Part shown: positions 8,833-18,218 of the stretch, one piece after another
Layout of the letters: each line of letters begins with the position of its first letter
Position numbering within the stretch: the first letter of the stretch is position 1
IMG/VR virus record: IMGVR_UViG_3300028797_000097
DNA length: 64,000 bases
Reading direction: 5' to 3' (one strand)
DNA from: a virus
Taxonomy: Duplodnaviria; Heunggongvirae; Uroviricota; Caudoviricetes
The notes under the pieces: generated by a model
Databases searched by the model: none
Seen by the model: the letters and a program-made list of their open reading frames with translations, nothing else
What the model was told of the DNA's origin: nothing
Made by a program: the position numbers and the translations under genes

Positions 8833-9654
8833 TTATATCTGATAATTATTATATAAATTACGGTATCTTTCCATTATTAAATGTTTTCCTTTAATATGGT
8901 CAAATAATCCGTCAGTTCTTTCATGTGCTTGATGCATAATTTCAATATCTTTTGAAATTCCAACATTTAAACCAGCATACATAGCATCTATACCCATAGC
9001 TACATCTTCATAACCCCAGCCTTTAGCAAATGTTTTACTGTCAAATAAGGCATTATCTATACCATATTCTTTTTTCATAAATTCTATGTGTTTTAGTAAT
9101 CCTGTTTTAGTTATACCGAAATTACATGACCAGCCAATCATTCCAGTAAGCATTAAATCCATTTTTTCATCAAATGTTTTTGCATTATTCCATGCTTTTA
9201 TTGCACCAGAAGTTATCCTAAGATCGTCATAATTTAATGGTCTTTTTTGCCAAAGTTCATCCATATTAGCGGTCAATAAATCAGATGCTGGAACTTTTAT
9301 GTTATCGATTGGTGTATGTCTTCTAGTTCCAAAGACTAAATCATATTTTTCTAATAATTTTTTATAATTTACAATTACTTTTTTATTTGCTAGCCAAGAA
9401 TCACCATCTATAAAAATTAATGCATCTGTTTTATTATTAAGAAAATATGATATTACAGAATTTCTATTAGTGCATCTTCCAGGATTTTTACTATTATCAA
9501 TTATATAAACATTTTTATAAAAATTAACTGGCATTTTACCATCTGATAATACATATATCATTGTAGGTATTTCAGTTTGATTATATATTGAAAAAATGGC
9601 TTTACTTAAAGATTCTTCTTGATTATGATTTGTTATTGCTATTGTTATATCCAT
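8833..9654 (-). CDS. Family-2 (GT-A) glycosyltransferase
   Basis: IAITNHNQEESL...IYVLSDG, DXD motif IFIDGDSW and a WGYEDVAMG motif. TATAAATA lies 4 nt upstream. Confidence 0.65.
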   Translation of the reverse strand: MDITIAITNHNQEESLSKAIFSIYNQTEIPTMIYVLSDGKMPVNFYKNVYIIDNSKNPGRCTNRNSVISYFLNNKTDALIFIDGDSWLANKKVIVNYKKLLEKYDLVFGTRRHTPIDNIKVPASDLLTANMDELWQKRPLNYDDLRITSGAIKAWNNAKTFDEKMDLMLTGMIGWSCNFGITKTGLLKHIEFMKKEYGIDNALFDSKTFAKGWGYEDVAMGIDAMYAGLNVGISKDIEIMHQAHERTDGLFDHIKGKHLIMERYRNLYNNYQI

Positions 9655-9715
9655 GACATATTTATAAAAAGAAAACCGTCTTTATTCAAGACGGTTTATA
9701 ATATTCTAATTTAAA

Positions 9716-12700
9716 TTATTGAAATGACCATGTACTTGTTGAAGCATCCCAATGTAAATCACCTTGACCCATCGCAGTAGTAAGGAAATCAAATAGCTTA
9801 CCAAGCATGCTATTAGGATCAGCTTTATATGTTTTTGCGGAAACTGTACCATCAGCAGAAACAATCATTGCATTTGATAATTCTACAACATTTGGATTTT
9901 CAATATCTGCATAATTTACCTTATTACAATTTGGGTCAGATACATCATGATTTGCACCACTAAAGAAATAACCGTCATATTCATATGCTTTAAGGCGACC
10001 ATTACCAATAGCAAATATTATACCACTATTTGGTATTGCTACCATCTCATCATTAATCCAAGCAGATGTAGTTCTTACACAACCATCTACTTTTTGGTTA
10101 TACTGACCCATAATAGTTTGATGCTGATTTGCTTTTAAGTATGCGCCAATAGTTGTGGAATGATGTCCTCTATTAACGTTACCTATACCCATACCAATCT
10201 GACAAGAACCGCTTAAACCATTATTATAAGTACCAATTAAAATATTATTACTATAATAAAGGTCACTATCACTAAATAATGTATTTCTATCACCAATTAA
10301 TACATTAGAATTATATTTTTTAGAAACACCATTGAGAACACCAAACATATAGTTTCTATCATTATGATCACTAGTATGTCCTAGTATATTTCCATGATCT
10401 GTAATACCAAATAATGTACCTGATTTAGTTGCACCAAAATAGTTATCAGTACCAATAATAGCATTATCAGTAGTAGTACCAGCAGATGTTTTAATATAGT
10501 TATTAGCACCATATACGAAGTTACGGTCTAATCTGTTATTAGTTGGTGGGACAGTAATTTCTAATCTATTACCTACACCATAAACGAAGTTTCTACTTGC
10601 ATTATTACTGTCTGTAGTTAAGTGCGCAGTTTCTGAGCCTAAATAACCAACACTATTCATTTCACCTATAACATAGGTTCCAATTGAATTTTGAAGAGTA
10701 TTACCAATACCACAGAGTAAGCATTCACAAAGATATTTAGCAATAAAGTCTCCATAGATAAATGAACGGTTTGTATACATAGCAACAGAATCGCTAAGGT
10801 CATTATAAGTATCGGTTTCATGCATATTACCAAAAATATAAGTTTCATTGGTATTATATGCAGCTCCTTTAAATATTATATTATTTTTTAAGCATTGAGT
10901 AGCGCCATTTAAGCTAGAACAAAAATTATTCGGTTTATCTGCTCTATAATATCCTTTGAATAAGAAGTTTTCTGTGGTATATCTGTTATTTGCTGAAAGG
11001 ACAGAACCGAATAATACATTTTGTGTAAATACTGAATTAACTTGTTTTTCAGTATCAAATGTAGCAGTAACTTGTGAATTAATTATAATATTATCAGCTA
11101 GATATTCAACACCAGAGAAACTTAAAGTATCACAGTTTTCAGAACCTTGAGAATTTAAGAAGATATTTTCGGTGAAATATCCCTGTGCAAATGTTGGTGC
11201 ATATGCTTTCAAGTCAGTATTATGAAGAATATTAGCATTAGCTATACAAAAATGATCAATTTCAACTTTTCTGGAATTAAACATTATATTTTTACTAAAT
11301 GAACCATTAAAATAAGGCCAACCAATATGTTTATGTAATATTATCTCACCATCATTACCAAGACTTTCCAGATTATATAGGAAGTTATACTCAATATTAC
11401 CTTCTTCTGCAGAGAATGTATCAGGAAAATCTACACCATGAGCATAGTTTCCGTGTATTGTGGTTGCATATATAGATGTTGATCTGATATATTGTAAATC
11501 ATAAAGTTTGTTATCATCAAATGAATGTGAAAATATATTTACAGAACCATTTGCATGATTTATAATATTATTTGTTCCATAAGTTGAAATAAGTTTAAAA
11601 TTACCAGGACTACCAACATTTTCAAAGTAATTATTATATAATGAACCACTTAATTCAAACCTACCGCCACCACCGGCAACATGTTTAACGGTATTACGAT
11701 TAAACTCACCACCACCTGAAATAGTTACATTAGAGACATCGTAAAATTCGTTTCCAATAATTCCTGGCGATCCTTCATTGTAGTTTCTTATATATTTTAC
11801 TCCACGAGCATGAGTAAAATCATTATCTTGAAATGGCATTTCAACAAATTGATTACCATAATAAGTGCTACGAATATTGCCGTAATCTATTTTTACTGTA
11901 GCATTAGTAAATTCATTGTGTTCAAAACCATACTTATACCAATCATCTGGTTTATTAACACCAACAATAGTAGAAAAATATATTTTATTAAGACCTACAC
12001 CAGCATCAGAATGACCAAGTGAAAAGTCATAGCCAGAAAAAAGTGATAAAAATGCAATATTATTATGGCCATCAATACGCGAACGAATATTGAAATTTTG
12101 ATAACCGATACTTCTAGTGTCAAATTTTACCGTATTACTATAATCTGGCAAATAATAATTATTTGCATTTAAGTTAGTAACACCTATTACGATATTTTCA
12201 CCACCAGATGCTAATACTCCTTTACCAATTGCAATATCATAGTTACGAATAGCAGAGTTTTCAAGACCAAATGCTAATGTAAAACCATCGTTATTCTGGC
12301 TAGTACTATCTAATTCCAAATCACTTTGTGTGGTTTCGGAATAGTTTTTAGAACCGAAAATGAAAGCGTTTCTTGTAGTGTTGGCAGAGTTATCGTTACC
12401 AACAATAAAATTCTGCGTATTATAAACTTTTGTATTATTGTCTTTAATTAATTTATCAGTGCTTTTAGATTCATTACCATTACCAATAATGATAGAATTA
12501 CCATGTGCGGAGTTACCAGAACCAATATAGTAATTATTATCGCCTTCTATATCAGTATCATGATCTTCAGACCAGTTTTTCCAGCTATTGCTGGCACCTT
12601 CAAGATCTTGCAATAATTCTATAATTTTATCATCACGATTCTTTAACGGTCCAATTGTATTTGCTTGTAACCAGTTACCATCAGCAACGGTATTTCTATC

Positions 12701-12760
12701 CCAGCTTGAAACTGGCAATTCCTCATTAAATTCTTCTACGGTAGGTATATTAGTTGCCAT
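9716..12760 (-). CDS. Large beta-helix repeat tail fibre / tailspike-like protein (1014 aa)
   Basis: Long N/G/S/Y-rich degenerate repeats typical of beta-helical fibre proteins. Late promoter TATAAATA lies 25 nt upstream. Confidence 0.55.
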   Translation of the reverse strand: MATNIPTVEEFNEELPVSSWDRNTVADGNWLQANTIGPLKNRDDKIIELLQDLEGASNSWKNWSEDHDTDIEGDNNYYIGSGNSAHGNSIIIGNGNESKSTDKLIKDNNTKVYNTQNFIVGNDNSANTTRNAFIFGSKNYSETTQSDLELDSTSQNNDGFTLAFGLENSAIRNYDIAIGKGVLASGGENIVIGVTNLNANNYYLPDYSNTVKFDTRSIGYQNFNIRSRIDGHNNIAFLSLFSGYDFSLGHSDAGVGLNKIYFSTIVGVNKPDDWYKYGFEHNEFTNATVKIDYGNIRSTYYGNQFVEMPFQDNDFTHARGVKYIRNYNEGSPGIIGNEFYDVSNVTISGGGEFNRNTVKHVAGGGGRFELSGSLYNNYFENVGSPGNFKLISTYGTNNIINHANGSVNIFSHSFDDNKLYDLQYIRSTSIYATTIHGNYAHGVDFPDTFSAEEGNIEYNFLYNLESLGNDGEIILHKHIGWPYFNGSFSKNIMFNSRKVEIDHFCIANANILHNTDLKAYAPTFAQGYFTENIFLNSQGSENCDTLSFSGVEYLADNIIINSQVTATFDTEKQVNSVFTQNVLFGSVLSANNRYTTENFLFKGYYRADKPNNFCSSLNGATQCLKNNIIFKGAAYNTNETYIFGNMHETDTYNDLSDSVAMYTNRSFIYGDFIAKYLCECLLCGIGNTLQNSIGTYVIGEMNSVGYLGSETAHLTTDSNNASRNFVYGVGNRLEITVPPTNNRLDRNFVYGANNYIKTSAGTTTDNAIIGTDNYFGATKSGTLFGITDHGNILGHTSDHNDRNYMFGVLNGVSKKYNSNVLIGDRNTLFSDSDLYYSNNILIGTYNNGLSGSCQIGMGIGNVNRGHHSTTIGAYLKANQHQTIMGQYNQKVDGCVRTTSAWINDEMVAIPNSGIIFAIGNGRLKAYEYDGYFFSGANHDVSDPNCNKVNYADIENPNVVELSNAMIVSADGTVSAKTYKADPNSMLGKLFDFLTTAMGQGDLHWDASTSTWSFQ

Positions 12761-12785
12761 ATTAAGTCCTTTTTTAATCTTATCT

Positions 12786-12793
12786 TATTTATA
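12786..12793 (-). promoter_or_regulatory. T4-type late promoter TATAAATA (minus strand) upstream of the 1014-aa fibre gene
   Basis: Exact motif 25 nt upstream of the start at 12760. Confidence 0.45.
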
Positions 12794-12889
12794 ATATTTT
12801 CTGGACATTATAAAATATTATTTTAAAGAAATTTCAGAATTTATTTAAAATAAGTTTACAAAATTCTATAAACCTTTTATATTTGTTTC

Positions 12890-13200
12890 ATATTTTTTAC
12901 ATTAAAGTCCTATTACTGGCTCGGAGTTCAACTCAATGAATTGTCGGATAAGTTTAGGCTAGTTGGAATCATAGGTGTGGTTCCAGGTAAAAACTAATTC
13001 ACCATCGACGTATTACTATAGCATGTAATACTTTAAGCCGCCATTGGTATTGAAAGATGTAGCTGGAGTACAGGATGACCGACCCATAAGCTTTCAAATA
13101 AATCCACTTAGTCGAAGACAGATGATCTTTTGCCTATTTTCCTAAATAGGCTTATTGTCTCAGAACAGATATTTTGAACGTGTGTGTAGATAAGTTTAAT
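12890..13200. other. ORF-free region of about 300 bp with visibly elevated GC and several hairpins. Candidate structured RNA (sRNA, tRNA-like or intron remnant).
   Basis: No ORF of 60 aa or more. The region reads as GC-richer than its surroundings (estimated about 45% against a genome-typical 32%). It contains a perfect 8-bp stem gcctattt/aaataggc and a ggtg...cacc hairpin. Confidence 0.25.
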
Positions 13201-13211
13201 ATAAATAATAT

Positions 13212-13682
13212 ATGAATTTTAAAGATTATGTAGATAAACACTTAGATTTATTAAATGAGGTCAAAGGTATTGATTTAATCAATAATTTTAAAAAAGTATT
13301 CCCATTTTCTAAGGAAAGTAATCTTACAGTAAAGCATTTTAATATAAAAGGTGAAGATACTGATACATTAGAAGCTACTGGTACAGTTTCTTCAGAATCT
13401 GAACCAGGTAATTCATATGTTTGTATGGCAAAATTTCATAGAGAAAATAATGAATTGCCATTTTCTTTACAAAATATGTGTAAAGTTTCTTGTAATTGTA
13501 ATGCTTATAGATATAATTTAAGCCATCCAAATTCCAAGAATTCTTCTCAAGCAGAGCCTATTCCAGGATATGCAAGTATAGCTAACACAGTAAGAAACCC
13601 GGATAAAAATGTAGGTGTTTGCAAACATTTATATGCATTTCTGCACTTTTTATATGAAAAAGGAATTATAAGAAATAACTAG
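13212..13682 (+). CDS. Cys/His-rich protein with a SWIM-like CxC...CxH motif
   Basis: VSCNCNAY ... VCKHLYAF. The spacer is longer than in a canonical SWIM domain. Confidence 0.35.
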   Translation: MNFKDYVDKHLDLLNEVKGIDLINNFKKVFPFSKESNLTVKHFNIKGEDTDTLEATGTVSSESEPGNSYVCMAKFHRENNELPFSLQNMCKVSCNCNAYRYNLSHPNSKNSSQAEPIPGYASIANTVRNPDKNVGVCKHLYAFLHFLYEKGIIRNN

Positions 13683-13692
13683 GAGATAAAAA

Positions 13693-14001
13693 ATGTATAA
13701 AAACAAGTATTTTACAAAGAATAACGAAATCGACGTTACAGAGATGCTTAACGCAATTCCTGCACAGATGACTCTTGACGAAAAGACCGATTGGCTTGAA
13801 GCATTCGATTGTCTTGATGAAGAGACACAGGATGAATTGGTAGGTGTTCGTAACATCATGTCTGAACGTCGCCATACCCCAGTTGCAGACGATGAAATCG
13901 AAGATGAAACTGAATTTTCTGACGAACCAGAAGATGAAGCAGAAGCTTATTTCATGCGTAAAGCAAATGAATTCGATAGAAAGAAATCAATGTCTCGATA
14001 A
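13693..14001 (+). CDS. Small, highly acidic protein (102 aa)
   Basis: Strong RBS (taggagataaaaaATG). D/E-rich C-terminal half (DDEIEDETEFSDEPEDEAEAYF). Confidence 0.5.
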   Translation: MYKNKYFTKNNEIDVTEMLNAIPAQMTLDEKTDWLEAFDCLDEETQDELVGVRNIMSERRHTPVADDEIEDETEFSDEPEDEAEAYFMRKANEFDRKKSMSR

Positions 14002-14022
14002 TTAGAATAATTAGAAAAAAGT

Positions 14023-14059
14023 AACGTATTGTTTACATAGCAATACGTTTTTCTATATT
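14023..14059 (+). promoter_or_regulatory. Composite terminator hairpin plus sigma70-type promoter (TTTACA-N16-TATATT)
   Basis: Stem aacgtattg/caatacgtt with the -35 element in the loop, then a T-run and CTATATTT. The -10 ends 7 nt before ATG 14067. Confidence 0.5.
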
Positions 14060-14066
14060 TGTAAAT

Positions 14067-14942
14067 ATGATAAATTATAATAATCCTAAATTAAGAGTCC
14101 TTAATTGTACACACTATGACATGGACGGTTGCGGTGCTTCTATTGTCTTAAAGAATTTCTATGAAGATGTTATTGTAGTTCCTGTAACTTATAACACGGA
14201 ATGGAAACTTCTTGATGACATTCGTCAATATGAAGGAAAGTATGATGCAATTATTTGCACAGACTTCTATCCAGCACAGACAATCAATGATTTAAGAAAG
14301 TTGTCAACTACATTAGTTCTTGACCATCATGAATCGGTTGTCGATAAGAATAACGATACTGATATTATTATCAATACGTTATATTCTGGAACTAAGCTTG
14401 CCTATAAGTTTGTCAGTAAGTTCAAAGACGTTTCATATCTTGAAAAGCTAGTTGATATTATTGACGATTATGACATGTTTAGACTGAAGATTCCAGCAAG
14501 TGTATATTTCAATAACCTTTTCTGGGAAATGGGTCATAAGTGGTTTACCAGACGTTTCATTACTGGAAATACAGTAATGTACCCTGAAGAAAAGCGATAT
14601 TTTATCGATGCCAAGAAAGAATTTGATAAAATGTATGAAACACTTGAAATTACAGATTTAGCTAGAAACGGTGTATTCTTTGAAACAGACCGATTCCATT
14701 ATGAATGTATCGAAGCACTCAAGAAAGACGGTTATAAGTGGTTTGCAATCAAGAATAAAGGTAATATTTCTGTTCGTTGTGATGATATTGATTTAACTGA
14801 AATTTTCAAGAAACTTGGTCGCGGAGGTGGTCATGCACATGCGGGTGGAGTTCCTCTTACTAAGACAGATAATGTTGCAGAATGGGTAAGAAAAATTGAA
14901 TACTTTATCGATGATTATTACATGAATATGATTGATGATTAA
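14067..14942 (+). CDS. DHH-DHHA1 phosphoesterase (NrnA/RecJ-like)
   Basis: DHH motifs HYDMDGCGAS and LVLDHHE, and the DHHA1 motif GRGGGHAHAGG. Confidence 0.7.
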   Translation: MINYNNPKLRVLNCTHYDMDGCGASIVLKNFYEDVIVVPVTYNTEWKLLDDIRQYEGKYDAIICTDFYPAQTINDLRKLSTTLVLDHHESVVDKNNDTDIIINTLYSGTKLAYKFVSKFKDVSYLEKLVDIIDDYDMFRLKIPASVYFNNLFWEMGHKWFTRRFITGNTVMYPEEKRYFIDAKKEFDKMYETLEITDLARNGVFFETDRFHYECIEALKKDGYKWFAIKNKGNISVRCDDIDLTEIFKKLGRGGGHAHAGGVPLTKTDNVAEWVRKIEYFIDDYYMNMIDD

Positions 14943-14994
14943 AAAGAAAAGGATATATTTACATATATCCTTTTTTATATTTTAAATTTTTAAA

Positions 14995-15933
14995 TTAAAG
15001 AATTTTATAACCTTTTTGCTTTAAGAATTCAACCGCTTCTTGTACTTGCCTACTTGATCTTCTTTGCATGATTTCTTGTTGGAATTTTTGAGTAAATTTC
15101 TTAAGAGCATCTGGATCTTTTATCTCTGCAGGTAATCTATCGTAAACACCAAGTTCTTCAGCTTTTTTACAAAGGACGTTTGGTCTAAAACGTTTAGTAA
15201 TAACAAGGTCCATAATTTCATCTTCTGTTCCAGTGCGAAGAATATCTACAACTTCAGGTTGAGTTCTAATTTCCAATCTATTCCAAATCTTTGGTTTCAT
15301 AATTGGTTGGTTGAAATTGAACTTATAACTATCTTTATTTGCTCTTGATTGCAACTGACCGATAGTATAACCTTTTCTAATTAATTTACTATGGTTTCCA
15401 GAATAGAAATCAGCAATATCGCTTTCATCTTTCCAACCTTCAATAGTTGCTTTTAATATATGTTGACGAACAGCCTTTTGAACTTCTGCATCAGGTTTAA
15501 TATCAATGTCTAAGTCATTATTCGGCATTGCAACATAATCTTGAGAAGTATCTTCATCGTCTTCCTTAGGGAAACGGTTGATAGTTCCGGTATATTCAGG
15601 AATGTCGATATATTTGTTCTTATACTGTTCGATTACTTCATCAGTTAAAATTTCAGAAACGAACCAAGGAACACGATAATTTTCACCCATGGTTAAATAA
15701 CCAAACATTAAAGCTCGTTTTGCAAAATTATCTGCTCTTTTTAAGAACTCACTTTTTTCTTCCCTGTTATTACCAACATTGCCACTTTTTAAGAATTTGA
15801 TTAAGTTAGTAATTGTATTATGACATGCTACGAAATAACTTTTTTTGTATTGGCTATTTTTATTTTCTTCTACAAGTTCTTTAGTTTTTGCAAGTGCTTT
15901 TCTCAAGCCAAGCATTAATGAATCATATCCCAT
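14995..15933 (-). CDS. Hypothetical protein (312 aa)
   Basis: Clean ORF on the opposite strand between early genes. Confidence 0.45.
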   Translation of the reverse strand: MGYDSLMLGLRKALAKTKELVEENKNSQYKKSYFVACHNTITNLIKFLKSGNVGNNREEKSEFLKRADNFAKRALMFGYLTMGENYRVPWFVSEILTDEVIEQYKNKYIDIPEYTGTINRFPKEDDEDTSQDYVAMPNNDLDIDIKPDAEVQKAVRQHILKATIEGWKDESDIADFYSGNHSKLIRKGYTIGQLQSRANKDSYKFNFNQPIMKPKIWNRLEIRTQPEVVDILRTGTEDEIMDLVITKRFRPNVLCKKAEELGVYDRLPAEIKDPDALKKFTQKFQQEIMQRRSSRQVQEAVEFLKQKGYKIL

Positions 15934-15991
15934 AGTATTTTCCTTAATTTTTATTATATTTATAAAAAATACGGATAAATGTAAAATTTTA

Positions 15992-16019
15992 TTTACAATA
16001 ACCAGAAAATTTCTATATT
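15992..16019 (+). promoter_or_regulatory. Sigma70-type promoter TTTACA-N16-TATATT upstream of uvsW
   Basis: A good hexamer pair with the CTATATTT motif. Confidence 0.5.
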
Positions 16020-16051
16020 TTATATGATATAATATAAATAGAATAAAAAAT

Positions 16052-17533
16052 ATGGTTGATATTGTAATTGAAAAATCTAACGAATCTTTTGCTCAGCTAC
16101 ATTGTGACGAAGAAATAAATCATGAAATAAATAACCTTTTTTCGGCTTTTGCTCCAGGTTATAGATTCAATCCAAGATATGTAAATCACCTCTGGGATGG
16201 AAAAACCAGAGTCTATTCTCCTATTACACAGTTACTTCCAATAGGGTTAGTTTCTAACCTTATGAAGTGGTGTGATACTAAGAAATATACGTATAAAATG
16301 GATTTTTTCGATGATTTTACTGATGAAATTGATAAGGATGAATTAAGAGAAACTATCAATGGATATGTAAAAAAATTCGATGTAAGAGATTATCAGTTTA
16401 AGGCAGTTTATGAAGCATTAACTAATAAGAAAGGTATTTTGCTTTCTTGTACTGGTTCTGGTAAATCTTTGATGATTTATTGCATTTTCAGATATTTGCT
16501 TGAAAAGAAGAAATTGAAACATTTATTGCTTATTGTTCCTAATACATCGCTCGTAGAACAGATGTATACAGACTTTATTGATTATGGTTGGGATAATATC
16601 GAAGATTCTGTTGAATTATTGTATTCTGGTAAGAAACCAACTTATAGATTACCAGTTTTGATTTCCACTTGGCAAAGTTTACAAACTCAAGATAAGAGTT
16701 TCTTTGATAAGTATAATTGTGTTCTTGTTGACGAGTGCCAACAGAGTAAAGCAAACGTTCTTTCAAAAATTTTGAAAGCTTCATTCAATGCAGAATATAA
16801 GATAGGAACTACTGGTACTTTACCTAAGGAATTATCTGACCAGTTAGTTATTAATTCGGTCATTGGTAACGTTATTTTTGAATTGAAATCCTCTCAACTT
16901 ATCGATGAAGGATATTTGGCTAAAATGTCTGTTGCTGGTATTTTCTTGAAATATCCAGATGAATTTATTGCAGAAAATAAGAATAGAACGTATCAAGAAG
17001 AAGTAAAGATGGTCGAGGAATATGAGAATAGAAATGACGTCCTCAAGTTTATTATTGACCATTCGAAACCTACTGATAATATGCTCGTTTTATTGACTCA
17101 TAAGGCACATTTACAGTCTACTATTGAATATTTAAAGAAGTTATATCCTGATAGAAATGTAAGCGAAATTAGTGGTGATATTAAGACTAAGACTAGAGAA
17201 AATATTAGAACAGGAATTGAAAATGAAGAAGGTTCGATAATTGTTGCTACTTATAAAACAATGGCAGCAGGTGTCAATATTCCTAAATTACACAGTGTCG
17301 TTCTTTATTCTAATAGTAAATCCAGAATCCAAGTTTTACAGTCTATTGGTAGAGGATTGAGACTTCACAAGACTAAAAATAAGGTCATTATTTACGATAT
17401 TATTGACGATTTAAGTTATAAAACAAGAACTGGAAAAACCAAGAAAAATTATTGTATGCAACATTACGATGAAAGATTGGAGTTCTATAAAGAACAGAAT
17501 TTCCCAGTAATTACGATAAATCGCAACATTTAA
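16052..17533 (+). CDS. uvsW: UvsW-like SF2 DNA helicase
   Basis: The N-terminus HCDEEINHEINNLFSAFAPGYRFNPRY...WDGKTR aligns with the T4 UvsW N-terminus. Walker A TGSGKS, VDECQ and FLKYPDEF...KNRTYQEE are conserved. Confidence 0.85.
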   Translation: MVDIVIEKSNESFAQLHCDEEINHEINNLFSAFAPGYRFNPRYVNHLWDGKTRVYSPITQLLPIGLVSNLMKWCDTKKYTYKMDFFDDFTDEIDKDELRETINGYVKKFDVRDYQFKAVYEALTNKKGILLSCTGSGKSLMIYCIFRYLLEKKKLKHLLLIVPNTSLVEQMYTDFIDYGWDNIEDSVELLYSGKKPTYRLPVLISTWQSLQTQDKSFFDKYNCVLVDECQQSKANVLSKILKASFNAEYKIGTTGTLPKELSDQLVINSVIGNVIFELKSSQLIDEGYLAKMSVAGIFLKYPDEFIAENKNRTYQEEVKMVEEYENRNDVLKFIIDHSKPTDNMLVLLTHKAHLQSTIEYLKKLYPDRNVSEISGDIKTKTRENIRTGIENEEGSIIVATYKTMAAGVNIPKLHSVVLYSNSKSRIQVLQSIGRGLRLHKTKNKVIIYDIIDDLSYKTRTGKTKKNYCMQHYDERLEFYKEQNFPVITINRNI

Positions 17534-17582
17534 ATATAAATATCATACACACAAACGTATAAACAAAAGTGAGGAATAAAAA

Positions 17583-18218
17583 ATGAACTATCTATATATT
17601 GGCATTCTATCAATTGCCGCAATCATAATAATTGGCTTGGGTATCAAGCTTGCAATCACAAAAGCAAACATCAAGAAGAAGAAGGAACTTGCAGCAAAAC
17701 GTAAGGAACTTCTTGCAAAGCGTGACCATGAAATCATGGAAGACACAGCTAAGATTCTTGAAAAGTTCCCGCCTGCAAATGGTCCAGATCCGATTAAGGA
17801 ACCAGACTATGATAACCAGTATACTTCTGAAAATTCAGAACCGTTGGTTATTGCAGAAAAGGATGAACTTACTGAACTTTCTGAAAAGCTTGATGAAGTC
17901 GATACTCATGGTAATGTTATTACAGCTGCAACCGATAAACTTGGAATCATTGCATCTAAGCCAATTCCGGTTGAAGGTGTTATCGATGAAGAATCCTTAA
18001 AGACAATCGGTGAAGCAGTTGCAGCACTTGAACCTAAGAAGACTAGAAAGAAGACAACTAAGAAGGCTACAAAGAAGCCTGCCAAGAAACCAGCTAAGAA
18101 AGCAACTCCTAAGAAGGCAGTTAAACCAGTAAAGGCTAAGGATATTGGTGTTACAGTTGTTGAAGAACCAGTCAAGCCAAAACGTAAATACACTAAGAAA
18201 GCAAAGGTAACTAAATAA
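17583..18218 (+). CDS. Membrane-anchored protein with a histone-H1-like K/P/A-rich C-terminal tail
   Basis: N-terminal TM segment IGILSIAAIIIIGLGI. C-terminus KKTTKKATKKPAKKPAKKATPKKAVKPVKAK. Confidence 0.5.
   Translation: MNYLYIGILSIAAIIIIGLGIKLAITKANIKKKKELAAKRKELLAKRDHEIMEDTAKILEKFPPANGPDPIKEPDYDNQYTSENSEPLVIAEKDELTELSEKLDEVDTHGNVITAATDKLGIIASKPIPVEGVIDEESLKTIGEAVAALEPKKTRKKTTKKATKKPAKKPAKKATPKKAVKPVKAKDIGVTVVEEPVKPKRKYTKKAKVTK

Noticed and set aside
12890-13200. A tRNA gene in the GC-rich gap
   Set aside because: By eye I could not fit a T-loop (GTTCRANYC) with a matching T-stem and acceptor pairing. Kept only as a generic structured-RNA candidate.
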